Assembly (NCBI GenBank): GCA_048013815.1
Contig: CM106586.1
Span: forward strand, 8,680,001 to 8,744,000
Reading direction: 5' to 3'
DNA: 64,000 nt
Origin: Setoptus koraiensis
Taxonomy: Eukaryota; Animalia; Arthropoda
Under the pieces are notes generated by a model that was not told where the DNA came from, ran no database searches, and was given only the letters and a program-made list of their open reading frames with translations. Positions 36,801 to 48,361 of the stretch are shown piece by piece (the stretch's first letter is position 1; each line of letters opens with the position of its first letter). Position numbers and translations under genes: made by a program.

Positions 36801-39536
36801 CCCTGAAGGAGAAAATTTCCGAAAAGGAGACTTTCGAAAGGAAAAAATTTTCACGAAACACTCTCTGGGATGGAAATCCCCTATTTGGAGCGGAATATCT
36901 TCGACAATCGTTTTTCGGGAGCCAAAACCAATCGATTCGCCTGACACCGCCCCGAAACCGGGCCATCATTTGGTGCCGGTTGCAATGATGTTTGGGACAC
37001 CATCATCAGTGCGGGGTGTTGCCCGCAGTGGCGCCACTCGCAATCCATCAGCGTGACCTGGCCGCCTGTGAGCTAGACGAAAGTCTCGCATCAATTCTCG
37101 GCGGAGCCCATTCCGGCCTTGAATGTTACTAGTGCGAGCATGGCGCTAGCAGTATAATGATGCCAGCGTCAGAACGATGCCGACTTCGGAATAATGGCGA
37201 AGGCTCTGGGAAAAGGCACACATAATAATCGATGAAATAATAGAATCTCGATCGTCCTATTGATTCCAAGAAAATCTTGTTAGCCGCTATTAGAATGGCC
37301 CTGGGAGTTTCGAAAGAAAGGATTTCGCTCGCTTTTATTTATTCACACCTCTTTGCATCATCATTCATAAGCTCTGGTTGCCCTCTTGAGGGTGCACATC
37401 TCTCGTTTGCCTCGAGCGGCTGCTTTCCATCAATAATTACTACGAATTACTTGAAGAATGATTGTTATTGCAACCTGTTCGTTGTCCAGCCATAGTGAGC
37501 ACAGCACGAGTATACACGAGTATGTGAGCGTATTACAGCAGACACCGAGCAAACAATTGAGTTCTTTAGGCGCCAACTCACAGGTATTATTATACCGATT
37601 AGTATCATCGAGAACAAGAGGGAAAATATCCGCTTTGCATACGATTAGATCTATATGGTCCGCAGGGCCACCAGCAACAACTATTGGGCGAGAGACAATG
37701 GGAAACAAAATTAAATTGTTTACGACTGTTATTATTATTGTGCTTTCTTTCCACTAAGCGCCTCCTCTTCTCATGATACACATTGACAACAAATCGATCT
37801 ATATCTATTTTTAGTATTGGTTCGCTTGGCTGGCCACAATGAGAGCTATCGTTCGTGCGCTAGGTAGTGGCGAATTTGCGTCTAGATTTGGAGAATTGGC
37901 TTAGTCTTATTTGTGCGACAAGAAGAATATGAAGGCGCCACCAGCAGACTCCTTCATATTCTCGCCGAAAGGCCGAACAATGCGCTCATTATGGCCTGGT
38001 CCCCGGGAGCCTAATAACGTCTGGTAAGTTGAAATGATTCGTTCGTTTTTCATGAATGTATTGCAAGCAATTAGATTATTATACGAATGTGTTATATTTT
38101 CGGTTAGGTATGTAGATGAAGATTATATCGGTAAGAGTTTTTTTGTGTTCAGGCTGATGGTTTTCGCAAAAATCGACCGAAAATGAAGTGAAAAATGCGC
38201 ACTAATATGTGCAAACTCAAAATTTCCACATCCTGTGCGCGCTCTCTATGGCGATTATGTGTAAGGATGTGCACAGGAGGTGACCATCCAATTTTCTGGG
38301 TGTCCTCATTTACTGTGGATCTATGCTAAAACCATCGGCTTCAACGCGGAAATATTAGTACTGTTATAATCTTCAACTGCACAGCTAACAAAAAATATAT
38401 AACATCACCCTAATGATTCGATTACTTGCACTCCAATCATGAAAAACAAGGACGAATAATTTCAACTTACCACACGTGCAGAGTGCAATAGCTCGCCAAC
38501 TGGAGAGATGGTATTATTTTTTTGTTGCGCGGGCAAAGTTATCTCATTTTAATTCGCTCTCATAATATTTGCATCCAATCCAATTTGGGTGGCGCCAGTG
38601 GTGGTGGCGCTGCGGAAGAGCACGAGCAGATAAAGCGGTTGAACGAACCGCTTCCGGTAGACAAGTGCGATAACAGCGCGCCTCTGTCGGATTTGAAGGA
38701 TGCTGCACTTTGTGTTGGTTGTTCTCAGCAGTGGCTCAGCAGTTTGCTGTCTAGCCGGCTAGACGGCTCACTGGCTGTAAGCTGAGCGGGCCCAGTCGAC
38801 TTTATCACGCGATGTGCTTGCGATATCTTATACAATGCACACATGAGTTATATATAGCCCATGCTGATATTTAATAGGAATCCCATTGCGTCGCCGCTGC
38901 GATGAGAATCAAAAAATCCGCTCATTTCCGCCGTAGCGGGAATCGTATCACGGGAATGGACACGCGCGCGGGACCCGCAACACTCAAGCATCGCGCTAAC
39001 TGGCAGCGGTGGGGTGATAAAACAATTGAGTGTTTGCGACATTTTGTTTCCGACAACAAACTGTTCGAGTCGTAAACAGTGTTTATTTGTTACATAATCG
39101 AATCGACGGTCGCCAGTTTCAGCTGGCCAGATAGTTGCGACACAGAATGTGCATTAAATAAAGTGAACGGACACACACACGTACACGCGACACACACACA
39201 CACAAAACAATAAATAAAATAAATAAATAGCTAGTGCGATTATAATACTAATGCTAACGATAATGACAATATTACCACCATTGCGACACAAACAACAGCA
39301 ACAATAATAATGGAAATAATTTAAAGTTTACACCGTCCATCGTCAACTCGCCGGCCGGGCTGACCCTCGACGCGCCACATACACGAGCAGAATGTTGTCG
39401 AAATTGACCATCATTCACTGTCACGCGCGACCGAGTGACGGACAGATTGGCTAGTGTCACCTGTGCGAATGGACATTGTTTGTAACGGGCCGGTGCGCGA
39501 GCTACACGAGCCGCGTGAGCTATGCGAGCCAGTCGG

Positions 39537-39819
39537 CTAGTGATGTCCGTATCCGTGCGACGGTCCGTGGCCGGCTCCGTGGTGACCGTGGTGACCGTAC
39601 CCGGCGGGCTCGTGATGGTCGTCGTGACCGTAATGGCCGTGGTGGTCGTCGTGATTGTAGTCCCAGACGTGCACTCCGTAGCCGCCGTGCTTGTCGCTCC
39701 ATTTCACTTTAGTTTGGAAATGGGGTCCCTTAGCGTGCTCGTGGCGCTCGATGGTGTGGTACGGGTTGCCGCGTCTGTAGCCGTACTCCCAGGCGCCCGG
39801 GTAGGGGACGCTGGCGAAC
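39537..39819 (-). CDS. Nested secreted Ser/His/Gly-rich cuticle-like protein, exon 2
   Basis: aaacAG acceptor at 39821-39820. CA+G joins to KYYQ-FASVPYPGAWEYGYRRGNPYHTIERHEHAKGPHFQTKVKWSDKHGGYGVHVWDYNH..., then a His-rich tail and stop. Confidence 0.85.
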
Positions 39820-39967
39820 CTGTTTCGGCGGTGGTCGGTCAGTGATGGGCAGTTCCAGTGCGATGGTGTGGGCAGTGTTGGGTCGAGAGGTAGAGAGGTA
39901 TATATGGTGAGATAAAATGGAACGAGACGATATGAAAGAGTCAATAGTTGTGCAACACGTCACTTAC

Positions 39968-40713
39968 TGGTAGTATTTTCCGTGGTAGTGGTCGTGTCCG
40001 TGCGAGCCCGATCCGTAGCCGTGATGACCGGCGCCCGAGTGATGACCGTGGCCCGAATACGAGGACGGGTAATGGTAGCCGGCCGCCGTTTTCAAATCGG
40101 GAGCGTGGCCGCTTGAGGCACTTATAACCTGTGTGGGGCTCGACTGCAACAATGTGATCGAGCGGGTGTGATCTGAGGCGGACGAGGCCGAGTAGTCGTC
40201 GCTGTCGTCGTCGACATTTTGTCTGTCCGCTGTTGGGGCGTCGGCGGACGATTGTGCTTGGTCGTCGTTGCTTGCGGATAAATCTTTGGCCAAATGTATG
40301 GGTATTTGCCAGAGACTGTCGTCGCTGAACGGATTCGTTGAATCGAAACCGGAGTACTGGTCATCGTGGCTGTTTGACATGGACGAGGTTGGTTGGGCCG
40401 CGGCGAATGCCGACGAGGCCGATATAACGGGCGTTGCGACCGATTGTTGCTTGCTGATGGTTGCCGGCTGTTGCTGTTGGTGGTGATCTGAGCTGGCCAT
40501 TGAAGATGAGCTGCCCGATGAGGATGCAGGCGACGACGATGATTTCGACGACGACAACGATGACGACGACGACGACGATGAGGCGACGGGCACGGAGGCG
40601 CCGTTGGGCGTCGGGGCCGACTGGATGGTTGTGCAGCAAACAAGCATTGCGATAATTAATTGAGTTGCTTGAGGGCCCATTGTGAAGCTTGTTGATTTGC
40701 TGGTGGCGGGCAT
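39968..40713 (-). CDS. Nested secreted Ser/His/Gly-rich cuticle-like protein, exon 1
   Basis: ATG at 40713 (or 40680). Signal-peptide-like QLIIAMLVCCTTIQS-AP, poly-Ser, His/Gly-rich end; GTAAGT donor at 39967 (phase 2). 148-bp intron; spliced CDS 342 aa. Confidence 0.82.
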
Positions 40714-40926
40714 GGCTGCTGCTGCTATGTCGTTATGCAATAGTGTTAGGTAGTGATACAATGTTGTGCAATGATGCAATGTTATGTAATGATGCAATGT
40801 TATTGTTGATATTGTAATAATCAATAATAGCGAAACCGCGAACTGAAAAACAAATCTGTCTGGCGAGACTGTGTGTCTTGTGGCGAGGCTAAACTCAATT
40901 GGTGCCCTGTCGCACTCATGTATAGT

Positions 40927-40934
40927 CTTTTATA
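40927..40934 (-). promoter_or_regulatory. TATA box (TATAAAAG) upstream of the nested gene
   Basis: Canonical TATAAAAG on the minus strand ~215 bp upstream of ATG 40713. A matching AATAAA lies at 39087-39082 on the minus strand. Confidence 0.45.
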
Positions 40935-41726
40935 GGCGTTTGATCAAGGTTGCCAGATATATTTTTGTTTCGCTGCTGTATATTATTATTAAAATGTTAA
41001 AATGTTGTGCCTCTGTTGCCGCCTGATCGTGTTGGTGCTAACACTGCATGCATTAGTGTTGTCGTTGTTATTGTCATTGCCAAATTGGCAATTTGCATAA
41101 ACAAAATCACAATCACAACTGCGACGAGGCGGGATCTTGCTGGCACACAACGTTACAACACATGTCGCCCCGAAGTGCGTGCAACAACCACCTCGCCGCA
41201 CCGCCAATGGGACAGCAGCAGCGGCAGCAACTTGTCAGTGAGTTTATAAATTACATAACTGTTACATATATTGTTTGTCAAGCGACAGTTAATGCACTGT
41301 GAGCTGGTGGGAGTGAACACAAACAACATGACAACCGCTGCAACCAGATAGCTCGTCGTGGTATTTGTTTGATTGTTTGCCTGTGTGTAGCAAACAATCA
41401 GCTCGCTACAAACGGCGCTACACACGGCGGCGGGGCTGCCAACAGCCATGGCAAAGTGGTTGTTGCCCTGTGTGGCGACAAAATCACGAACATCATTATT
41501 ATTATTAGTTACGTGCTGTTGTTATTATATTGTCACACAACACAATTGCCGTTACAATTTCCATCCAAGCCACTAACACTGCCGACTGGCTGCATGAATG
41601 AAATGAATGAATTCAATTTTGTCCGTCTCAGATGGATCGATTGTGGCCAGCGCCAGTGTGCATGCCAGCGATGTGCGGACACTGAGATAATTTTCATTGC
41701 AACAACAGCGCCGACGGCCGCAAGAC

Positions 41727-41797
41727 GACGCTGGCAAGACGCTGGCAAGACGCTGGCAAGACGCTAGCGAGACGCTGGCAAGACGCTGGCGAGACGC
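41727..41797. repeat. 11-bp tandem repeat (GACGCTGGCAA)x~6
   Basis: Read directly from sequence. Confidence 0.9.
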
Positions 41798-42739
41798 AGA
41801 GATCAAGATCATCCGTTTGTGCCGTCCAGTGGCGGGCATGATTACACTCTTCCTGTCGCACAGTGGCGACATCCGAGCAGCAACTGCAGTGACAATCAAT
41901 TGGTCCGTTTTGTTGTTGTTGCTGCTGCTGCTGGCGCCGGTTGCCGCCGGCCAGCTCACAGTGTGTGCCGGCTGCCAGTTGACAATTGACCAATGATCAC
42001 GATTGACGTTGGCCCAACAACCAAACAACAGCTAAACACGACAATTGCCATTGAGTTGAGCGGCAACACAGTAGCCACTCAACTCAATGGCAAAACAACA
42101 CCGTCGTCGTCGATGTCATATTTTCTCATCAGTGTTGCCCTTAGATTTGATGATGACAACACTAGCAGCAGTGGCGGCCAGTCCGGTAGCGGCGGCTCTG
42201 ACTCGCCGGCCGACACAAAAGGCAAGGCCAATTGGATAATCATATCGATATAGTCATTATGTAATACGGTTAGCCTGTCGAGTCGCTGGCCAGCAGCTGT
42301 GCTGTGCACAGTGCAGCGCTCAGATCTCGCTCTCGCTTGCCTGGGTATATATAGATAATTATTGCCAAGATATTGTCAAGAAAATTGCACGTCTCATTGT
42401 CTCTCTCGATCTGCACTCTCTCTCTCTCTCTCTCGCTCTGGCCATTCTTACGTATGTATTCACGATGATATTCTCGAGTAATATTCATCTCTTGTCGCAA
42501 GTGTGTGTGTGTGTGTGTGCACAAAATAAAGGATCAGCATCGATCCGAACGACACAACAACAGGTGATTGTTGTCGTTGTTGTCGCACACACAATTATAA
42601 CAACAATGCCAATGACAGCAGCACAACAACAGGTATGCATGTAATGCAATAACGTTACACGCAAAAGCCAGTCAACTTGCCGGGCAATTGCAGTCGTTGA
42701 GTTGTCTTGTTGGTCTGTCGCAAAAGTGTGAATTCTTTC

Positions 42740-42770
<31 letters not shown>

Positions 42771-43410
42771 GCACACAGTTATGCAATAACTGTTATGTTG
42801 TTGTGCTGCAAACAACGCTGGGGTCATCAATTATCATTATTACTGCCAGTACAACAGTATAACCACAACAACAACAAAATACAGCAACAACGTTGTTGGG
42901 CACCGTTGGCACTGTTTAATAGCACACACAGGTAATGCGGCAGCACTTCATTTGTTTGATCATGTCATTTTGAATATTGTTATTCAATTCGCTATTGCAA
43001 TTGAATAATACATATATTCAATAATACATAATGCATAATGTGTTCTTGTTGCAACATTGTGCGTGAAGGCTATAATTCAATTGACATCCATGAATAAGCA
43101 CAATGCCCGTCGGTAGGCCGATTGCGGCCCGCCACTCGTAATATTTTTCACTTTTTACATTCTCACTTTTATAGTAAATACAATATACAAATCTAATGCA
43201 AATGTGTTGCGATATTTTGTTGGCAACTGGCGATAGTTTCAAGTGCAACACAATCACACGCTCGCAATCGCACGACGTCGCTTGACGGGGCCAAATCAAA
43301 TTGGGAGCTAAATCAAAGGCATTTACAGTGTTTTGTCCACTAACGCTGGCGACACGAGACGCTGTCGCCAGCCACAAACACGGCCGCGGCCCGGCCAACT
43401 AACAAGCCAG

Positions 43411-43470
43411 GCCAAAATAGGCCAGAGTGAAACGAGCCAGAGTGAAACGAGCCAGAGTAAAATGAGCCAG
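43411..43470. repeat. 15-bp tandem repeat (GAGCCAGAGTGAAAC)
   Basis: Two perfect and two degenerate units. Confidence 0.8.
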
Positions 43471-43885
43471 GGGCCCCTGCAAGCGGCTCGACTCTGGCGC
43501 TGTCCTAGATTGCACCAATCAACCAAATGAGCGCCGAGATCATCGGATGTAACGTGCGCTTGCCGACTTGGCAATTTTTTCACTCGAACGGGACGAGCAT
43601 TTACAATTGTTCGTTAGATTTGTCGCGACAGTTGGGCCGAGCTGTGTCTGGCGAGGGCTCCAGACACAGATGCACTGCCAGTTGGTCAGTTGAGAGCAGT
43701 CACTGTCTAACTAGCCGAAAAACCATGATAAATAGTCTTTTGGTGCCAATAACACTGGCCAACAATCAGCTAACAACAATCAGCTAATCAACGATAACTA
43801 ATCAAATCAACCCTTGACTTGTTTGTATTCCCCGACACACACTCACACTCACAATTGGTGGACAACGAAACTATAACAAATTCAG

Positions 43886-45204
43886 TGGCCGTTGTGGTGT
43901 CCTTTTTCATATGCTGGTCGCCCTTTCACGCCCAGCGCCTATTGGCTAGCTTCATGGCGAAAAGTCTGTCCCAGAGTCAATTCCTCATGGATATATATTT
44001 AAAATTGACATACATATCTGGTATAATGTATTATCTCAGCTCTACCATAAATCCAATTCTATATCAATTGATGTCGGCAAAGTTTCGTCTAGCCTTCAAG
44101 GAAACATTCAATTGTTCGCTATTTCAATGCTTGTCTCCAGCAACCAAAACAACCATGCCAGCAACAACAACAATTGCATCAGCAACCCAACCAACTACAG
44201 CCTCTACCAGGGCACTGGTGACAACAGCGAAAAATTTGGGCCTCAACAGCAAACAGCGGAAGCACAAAACAATAGCTAGCAATAATTTTTTGTGTAAGCA
44301 TATGGTCAAAAGTTATCATCAGCAGCAGGCCATCACGACGACTTGTTGTGTTTTAAACGCTGATGCCAACGACAACAACAACAAATCAGCATCATCTTGC
44401 GACCAACACAAAGTCATTCATTCTCTATTGGGCCCAACATTCTGGCCTAGCCGAATAAAACAACAAGTAAATCAGCAGCAACAGATCAAATCAAAAACAA
44501 TCATCATTGATAATGACATTGGTGGCCAGCAAAATGGTGACATTGGCGCCAATCACCAAGCGCCCCCCTCAACACCAACACCATTTTGTCATTCACTTGT
44601 GCATCATTCTAATTCAAATCAGCAAATAGGTAAGAAACTGTTGTGCTCAAATGGCCATCATCAATTGTCAATCACAAGCAACAATGATAATATCATGTCT
44701 CGATGGGGCAGACAATTGACCAGATCATTGAGTACGTTATTCAATAAGAACAAAAATGGCTTCAACAATCGTACATCGCTAATTAAGCCAAGCAATAGTT
44801 GTTGTTGCTGCCAGGGAAACGATTGTCCAATGAGTCAGCCCCTAATGAATCATTGCTCACTTATTGGTCTTGCGTCAAACAAAAATAATAACGACGATGA
44901 TGCCACCACCATCGTCAATTGTTGCCTTTCCAAGCAAAACAACATAGACAACATAGATCAACATCATCATCTCAAAAACAACACACCTCCACCACCACTA
45001 GCGTTGGATAATAATAATGACCCATCAGTTATCCAAGAAATGGCCAATGACACTATTGCCACTAATACTGTTACAGCTATCAACACCACTACTACCCCTA
45101 CTATTATTACTAATACTACTACCATTGCCAATGACCATCGAACAAATGGCCAAACCAATGGTAAAGTGGCCGAAATCAAATTGAATTATTTAAAAAGCTA
45201 CTAG
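43886..45204 (+). CDS. PRXamide GPCR coding exon 3 (TM6, TM7, helix 8, ~370-aa C-tail)
   Basis: [19 protein letters not shown] (CWxP), SGIMYYLSSTINPILYQLMSAKFRLAFKETF (NPxxY). TAG at 45202-45204; AATAAA at 45218 and 45233. Confidence 0.93.
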
Positions 45205-45285
45205 GTCCTAAAGTTATAATAAAATAAGTGGCAATAAATTTCTATAATAAGTAATAACTAATCATACATTTCATCATCAGACCAA

Positions 45286-46953
45286 TCAATCTGACCAGTC
45301 GTTTTCTTCGAAATCGTCCTCCTTCTTTGCAATGTTTCCTATAGGCGGCTTATCATTGAAATCCACAATTTTAGAAACGGCCGATATGAACATTCTTTCG
45401 TGTTCAACTCGACGACCATTCATATAGCCTGGCAGGTAATTGTTGTCCTCCTTTCCGGCATACTCTTGCAATTCTTGGATTCTAGCATTATGTTCTAAAT
45501 CGCGAATAAGGTCATGGCAAACATCGTCGCTTTCTTCAGATGGCTGCAAAGCAACACGGGCTTTCTTCAATTCGTTCTCAAGCTCGTTGTGTTGTTGGGA
45601 AAATGAGCCCAAATTAACATTATGCCGTTCAATTTTATTACCAATGATGGGATCCAATGACATTGTTGTCGTGAGTTGTTTTGTTGAATTCGATCCATTT
45701 AGCCAATCCTCCAAACTTATCAGACTGTCCGGCTTCATGACGTTCAAATACAATTCATCCTTGTAGCCCGTATCCAATTTGCTCGGCGCATAGTAACCTA
45801 ATGGAACAACCTTTTCTTCATTGTTGTTGGAATTTCCTGTCAATAATAATAATCTTGTTACCTCGTTCTCTTTTACACACAATGAACGAGTAGGAACTAG
45901 TGTCGCATCAATGATTCTCGATAAAACCGAAACTTGATTTGTTGTTGCGGATCGCTCTAGCGAATTGGGAATAAACTTGCTTTGGTAATCAAACATGGTT
46001 CTCAAGTTCACATGACTGACTAAAGAGTTGACAGTATCATTGGAGCTGACTATAAACAAAATATAGTTGGAAGTATCTACAATTGGTAACCAGACACCAC
46101 TCGAAGGCTGGGTGTCGATGATAGTCGACAATGGCTCGGTGGTGTTCCTGACATCCCAAAGATGTAGGCATTTTGTGCGCTTCTGTGTGTGTATACTCGA
46201 AATTACAAACGGAGTGTCTCCTAACCATTTCGTGTGGAATGTCTTAGCCGAATTCCAAGGAGAGTCTGACTTGAATCTTAGTTGATCATTCGACCTCATA
46301 TCTAAGATGCTAAGGGTATCGTCGGCTGCCACTGATAATGACGAAGCATCCAAGCACCAATCAAAAGAGTGGACATTTTTGAATTTGTTGCAACTCAAAA
46401 TGGGTATTTCAATCTTATTTAAGTCATGGACTAGTATTTCAGAGTTGTCAGCGACGCTCGATAGGCAGGTATCAACGATTGGATTGAATGCGATAAGTTT
46501 GCATTTTAAGCCGTCGAACGAGCTGACGCAATCAATTTTTTTAACACTTTGTGAGCGACAACCGTCCTGGTCGCAAGGTATGCGATAAAGATCTATTCCT
46601 TTCGTATTTCCTGAAGCCAAAAGACCATCATCGAAGGGCGAGAATGACACAGCTGTAATGGGCCGCGCAAGCTCCACTCTAGTTGGAATTGCGTCACATT
46701 TGGCGTTGACAGAATTTTCATCTCTTTGTAAATCTATTATGTCTAGTGACCTTTCTTTTGATCTAACCACGGCGAATCTTGCACTGGCAACTATTCTATT
46801 ATCCTTTGTTGTTCCGCAGTTCGGTTGTTGTAAACCAGAGTGAAAACTTGCATAATGATTTCCAATCTTGGCGATTATATTCTTAAATTTTGTCGCCTCT
46901 CTATTGGAGAAGAATGTGGTCGATGATGCAAAGTTTGAGGATAGAGTGGTCAT
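45286..46953 (-). CDS. Coronin-family WD40 protein, single propeller with coronin-7-like acidic C-terminus, intronless, 555 aa
   Basis: TKFKNI (coronin SKFRH-like start), ITAVSFSPFDDGLLASG, LHLWDVRNTTEPL, VPLGYYAPSK..YKDELY, ISLEDWLNG, terminal EDDFEENDWSD. In-frame TGA 6 codons upstream of the ATG. Confidence 0.75.
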   Translation of the reverse strand: MTTLSSNFASSTTFFSNREATKFKNIIAKIGNHYASFHSGLQQPNCGTTKDNRIVASARFAVVRSKERSLDIIDLQRDENSVNAKCDAIPTRVELARPITAVSFSPFDDGLLASGNTKGIDLYRIPCDQDGCRSQSVKKIDCVSSFDGLKCKLIAFNPIVDTCLSSVADNSEILVHDLNKIEIPILSCNKFKNVHSFDWCLDASSLSVAADDTLSILDMRSNDQLRFKSDSPWNSAKTFHTKWLGDTPFVISSIHTQKRTKCLHLWDVRNTTEPLSTIIDTQPSSGVWLPIVDTSNYILFIVSSNDTVNSLVSHVNLRTMFDYQSKFIPNSLERSATTNQVSVLSRIIDATLVPTRSLCVKENEVTRLLLLTGNSNNNEEKVVPLGYYAPSKLDTGYKDELYLNVMKPDSLISLEDWLNGSNSTKQLTTTMSLDPIIGNKIERHNVNLGSFSQQHNELENELKKARVALQPSEESDDVCHDLIRDLEHNARIQELQEYAGKEDNNYLPGYMNGRRVEHERMFISAVSKIVDFNDKPPIGNIAKKEDDFEENDWSD

Positions 46954-47827
46954 TGTGGTGCGCTTATGTCATGGGAGCGGGCTATTGTTGCTGGGTGTGC
47001 CTATTGGTCAACCGACACGGCTATAATGGCAGCAGTATCGGCTCTGTAGGGGGTTTCGAATTTCCCACCTATAAAAGAAGCATGAGGCGAGTGACGATTT
47101 GAAGATCAGCGGTTCGATGACTCATTGTTGTGATTATGTAAAATGATTGCCGTTTCGGCGCAGGTGTTTGTTTTGATGAAGGCTCACTCGGGAGAGGAGT
47201 TTGCTTTGTGCAACTCTGGAGCGCACAAGATGCATTTCACGACCATTTTTGTCGTTTGAAACTGGCGCCAATTGGCACGAGTGCGCTGAAAATGCTTCCT
47301 GCAGTTCAGCACTGTTTTTGTTCGCTCGCTACAACACACACTCACACACACACACACACACAAACACACGCTATCGATTGGTTGAGTCGCGTGAGCGAAC
47401 TGAAACGTTCAATACGAACAGTGCATTTGGACAATGGATGCGCTGTGCAGAGCGCACGAATTTGAGTTTTGTACGCCTGGGCTGTACTGTGCTGGAGCCA
47501 GCCATGCAATGTGAGGGTAGCGCTGATGCAAGAACCCGGGACACTGTGCACAACTGGCAATGTTGCTGTTGTCCGCCCTGCAAGACACAGACAGCAGGAC
47601 AGACGGTCTGAGGGGATTTTTCAATTCAAAAATAGCGCGCCACTCTATAAATGTGTGATTTTCTGTGCATTGGTTTCGCCTCATGTGCAGCATGAAGGCA
47701 GACGCAGAATATTCTGTTGTGTTGCAAACGATTATAAGTGAACACTCTCGCACACATGAGGCGAGCTTTGTGTGTGCTTGTGCTGCGAGCGCAAAGATTC
47801 ACTCTTGGCGTGCGTTTATAGAGTCAA

Positions 47828-47830
<3 letters not shown>

Positions 47831-47870
<40 letters not shown>
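47831..47870. repeat. (GT)20 microsatellite in the coronin/domino divergent intergenic region
   Basis: Read directly from sequence. Confidence 0.95.
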
Positions 47871-47874
<4 letters not shown>

Positions 47875-48361
47875 AAGAGAGCGAGGGAGAGAAAGAGAGA
47901 GTGCAGCGTGCTAAGGCAGTCGGCATCGTGTGCTCTCGCTTTGCCCTCTCGAATGGTTCGAGTCGAATGGAACAAAATCGGCAGCAGTGGAATTGCATCT
48001 GAACTGGGCAAATGTGTGAGTGGCTATGCGCGTACACACACACACACACTCACACTTTTGCTAGGCACACAAACACAACTGCTAGTACACACACACACAC
48101 ACAACGATCCGCATTATTATTATTTGGCCTATACGACGAATCGCACCAATTCAATATATAACATTTATTTATCATACTATTATCATTATTATTATCAATA
48201 TCATCTCATTTAGAATATCTTGAATGGAAGAAACATTCATATTCTTATTTGATTGATATTATTCATCAATTGTTGTGTACATTTATTATTATCACTCCTA
48301 TCGTCATCTGAAAATTTATATAAATCCACATACACACACATACACAATTGAAGGGAATACA

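Larger units (their letters stand above)
7489..43885 (+). other. 36,397-bp phase-1 intron of the GPCR, splitting TM6
   Basis: GTGAGT donor at 7489; ttcAG acceptor at 43884-43885. G+TG reconstitutes Val, giving [26 protein letters not shown]. No other GPCR TM6-7 exon is seen in between. Confidence 0.88.

Noticed and set aside
36420-36969. K/R-rich and F/S-rich ORFs
   Set aside because: Translations of the TTCnnGAA A-tract array.
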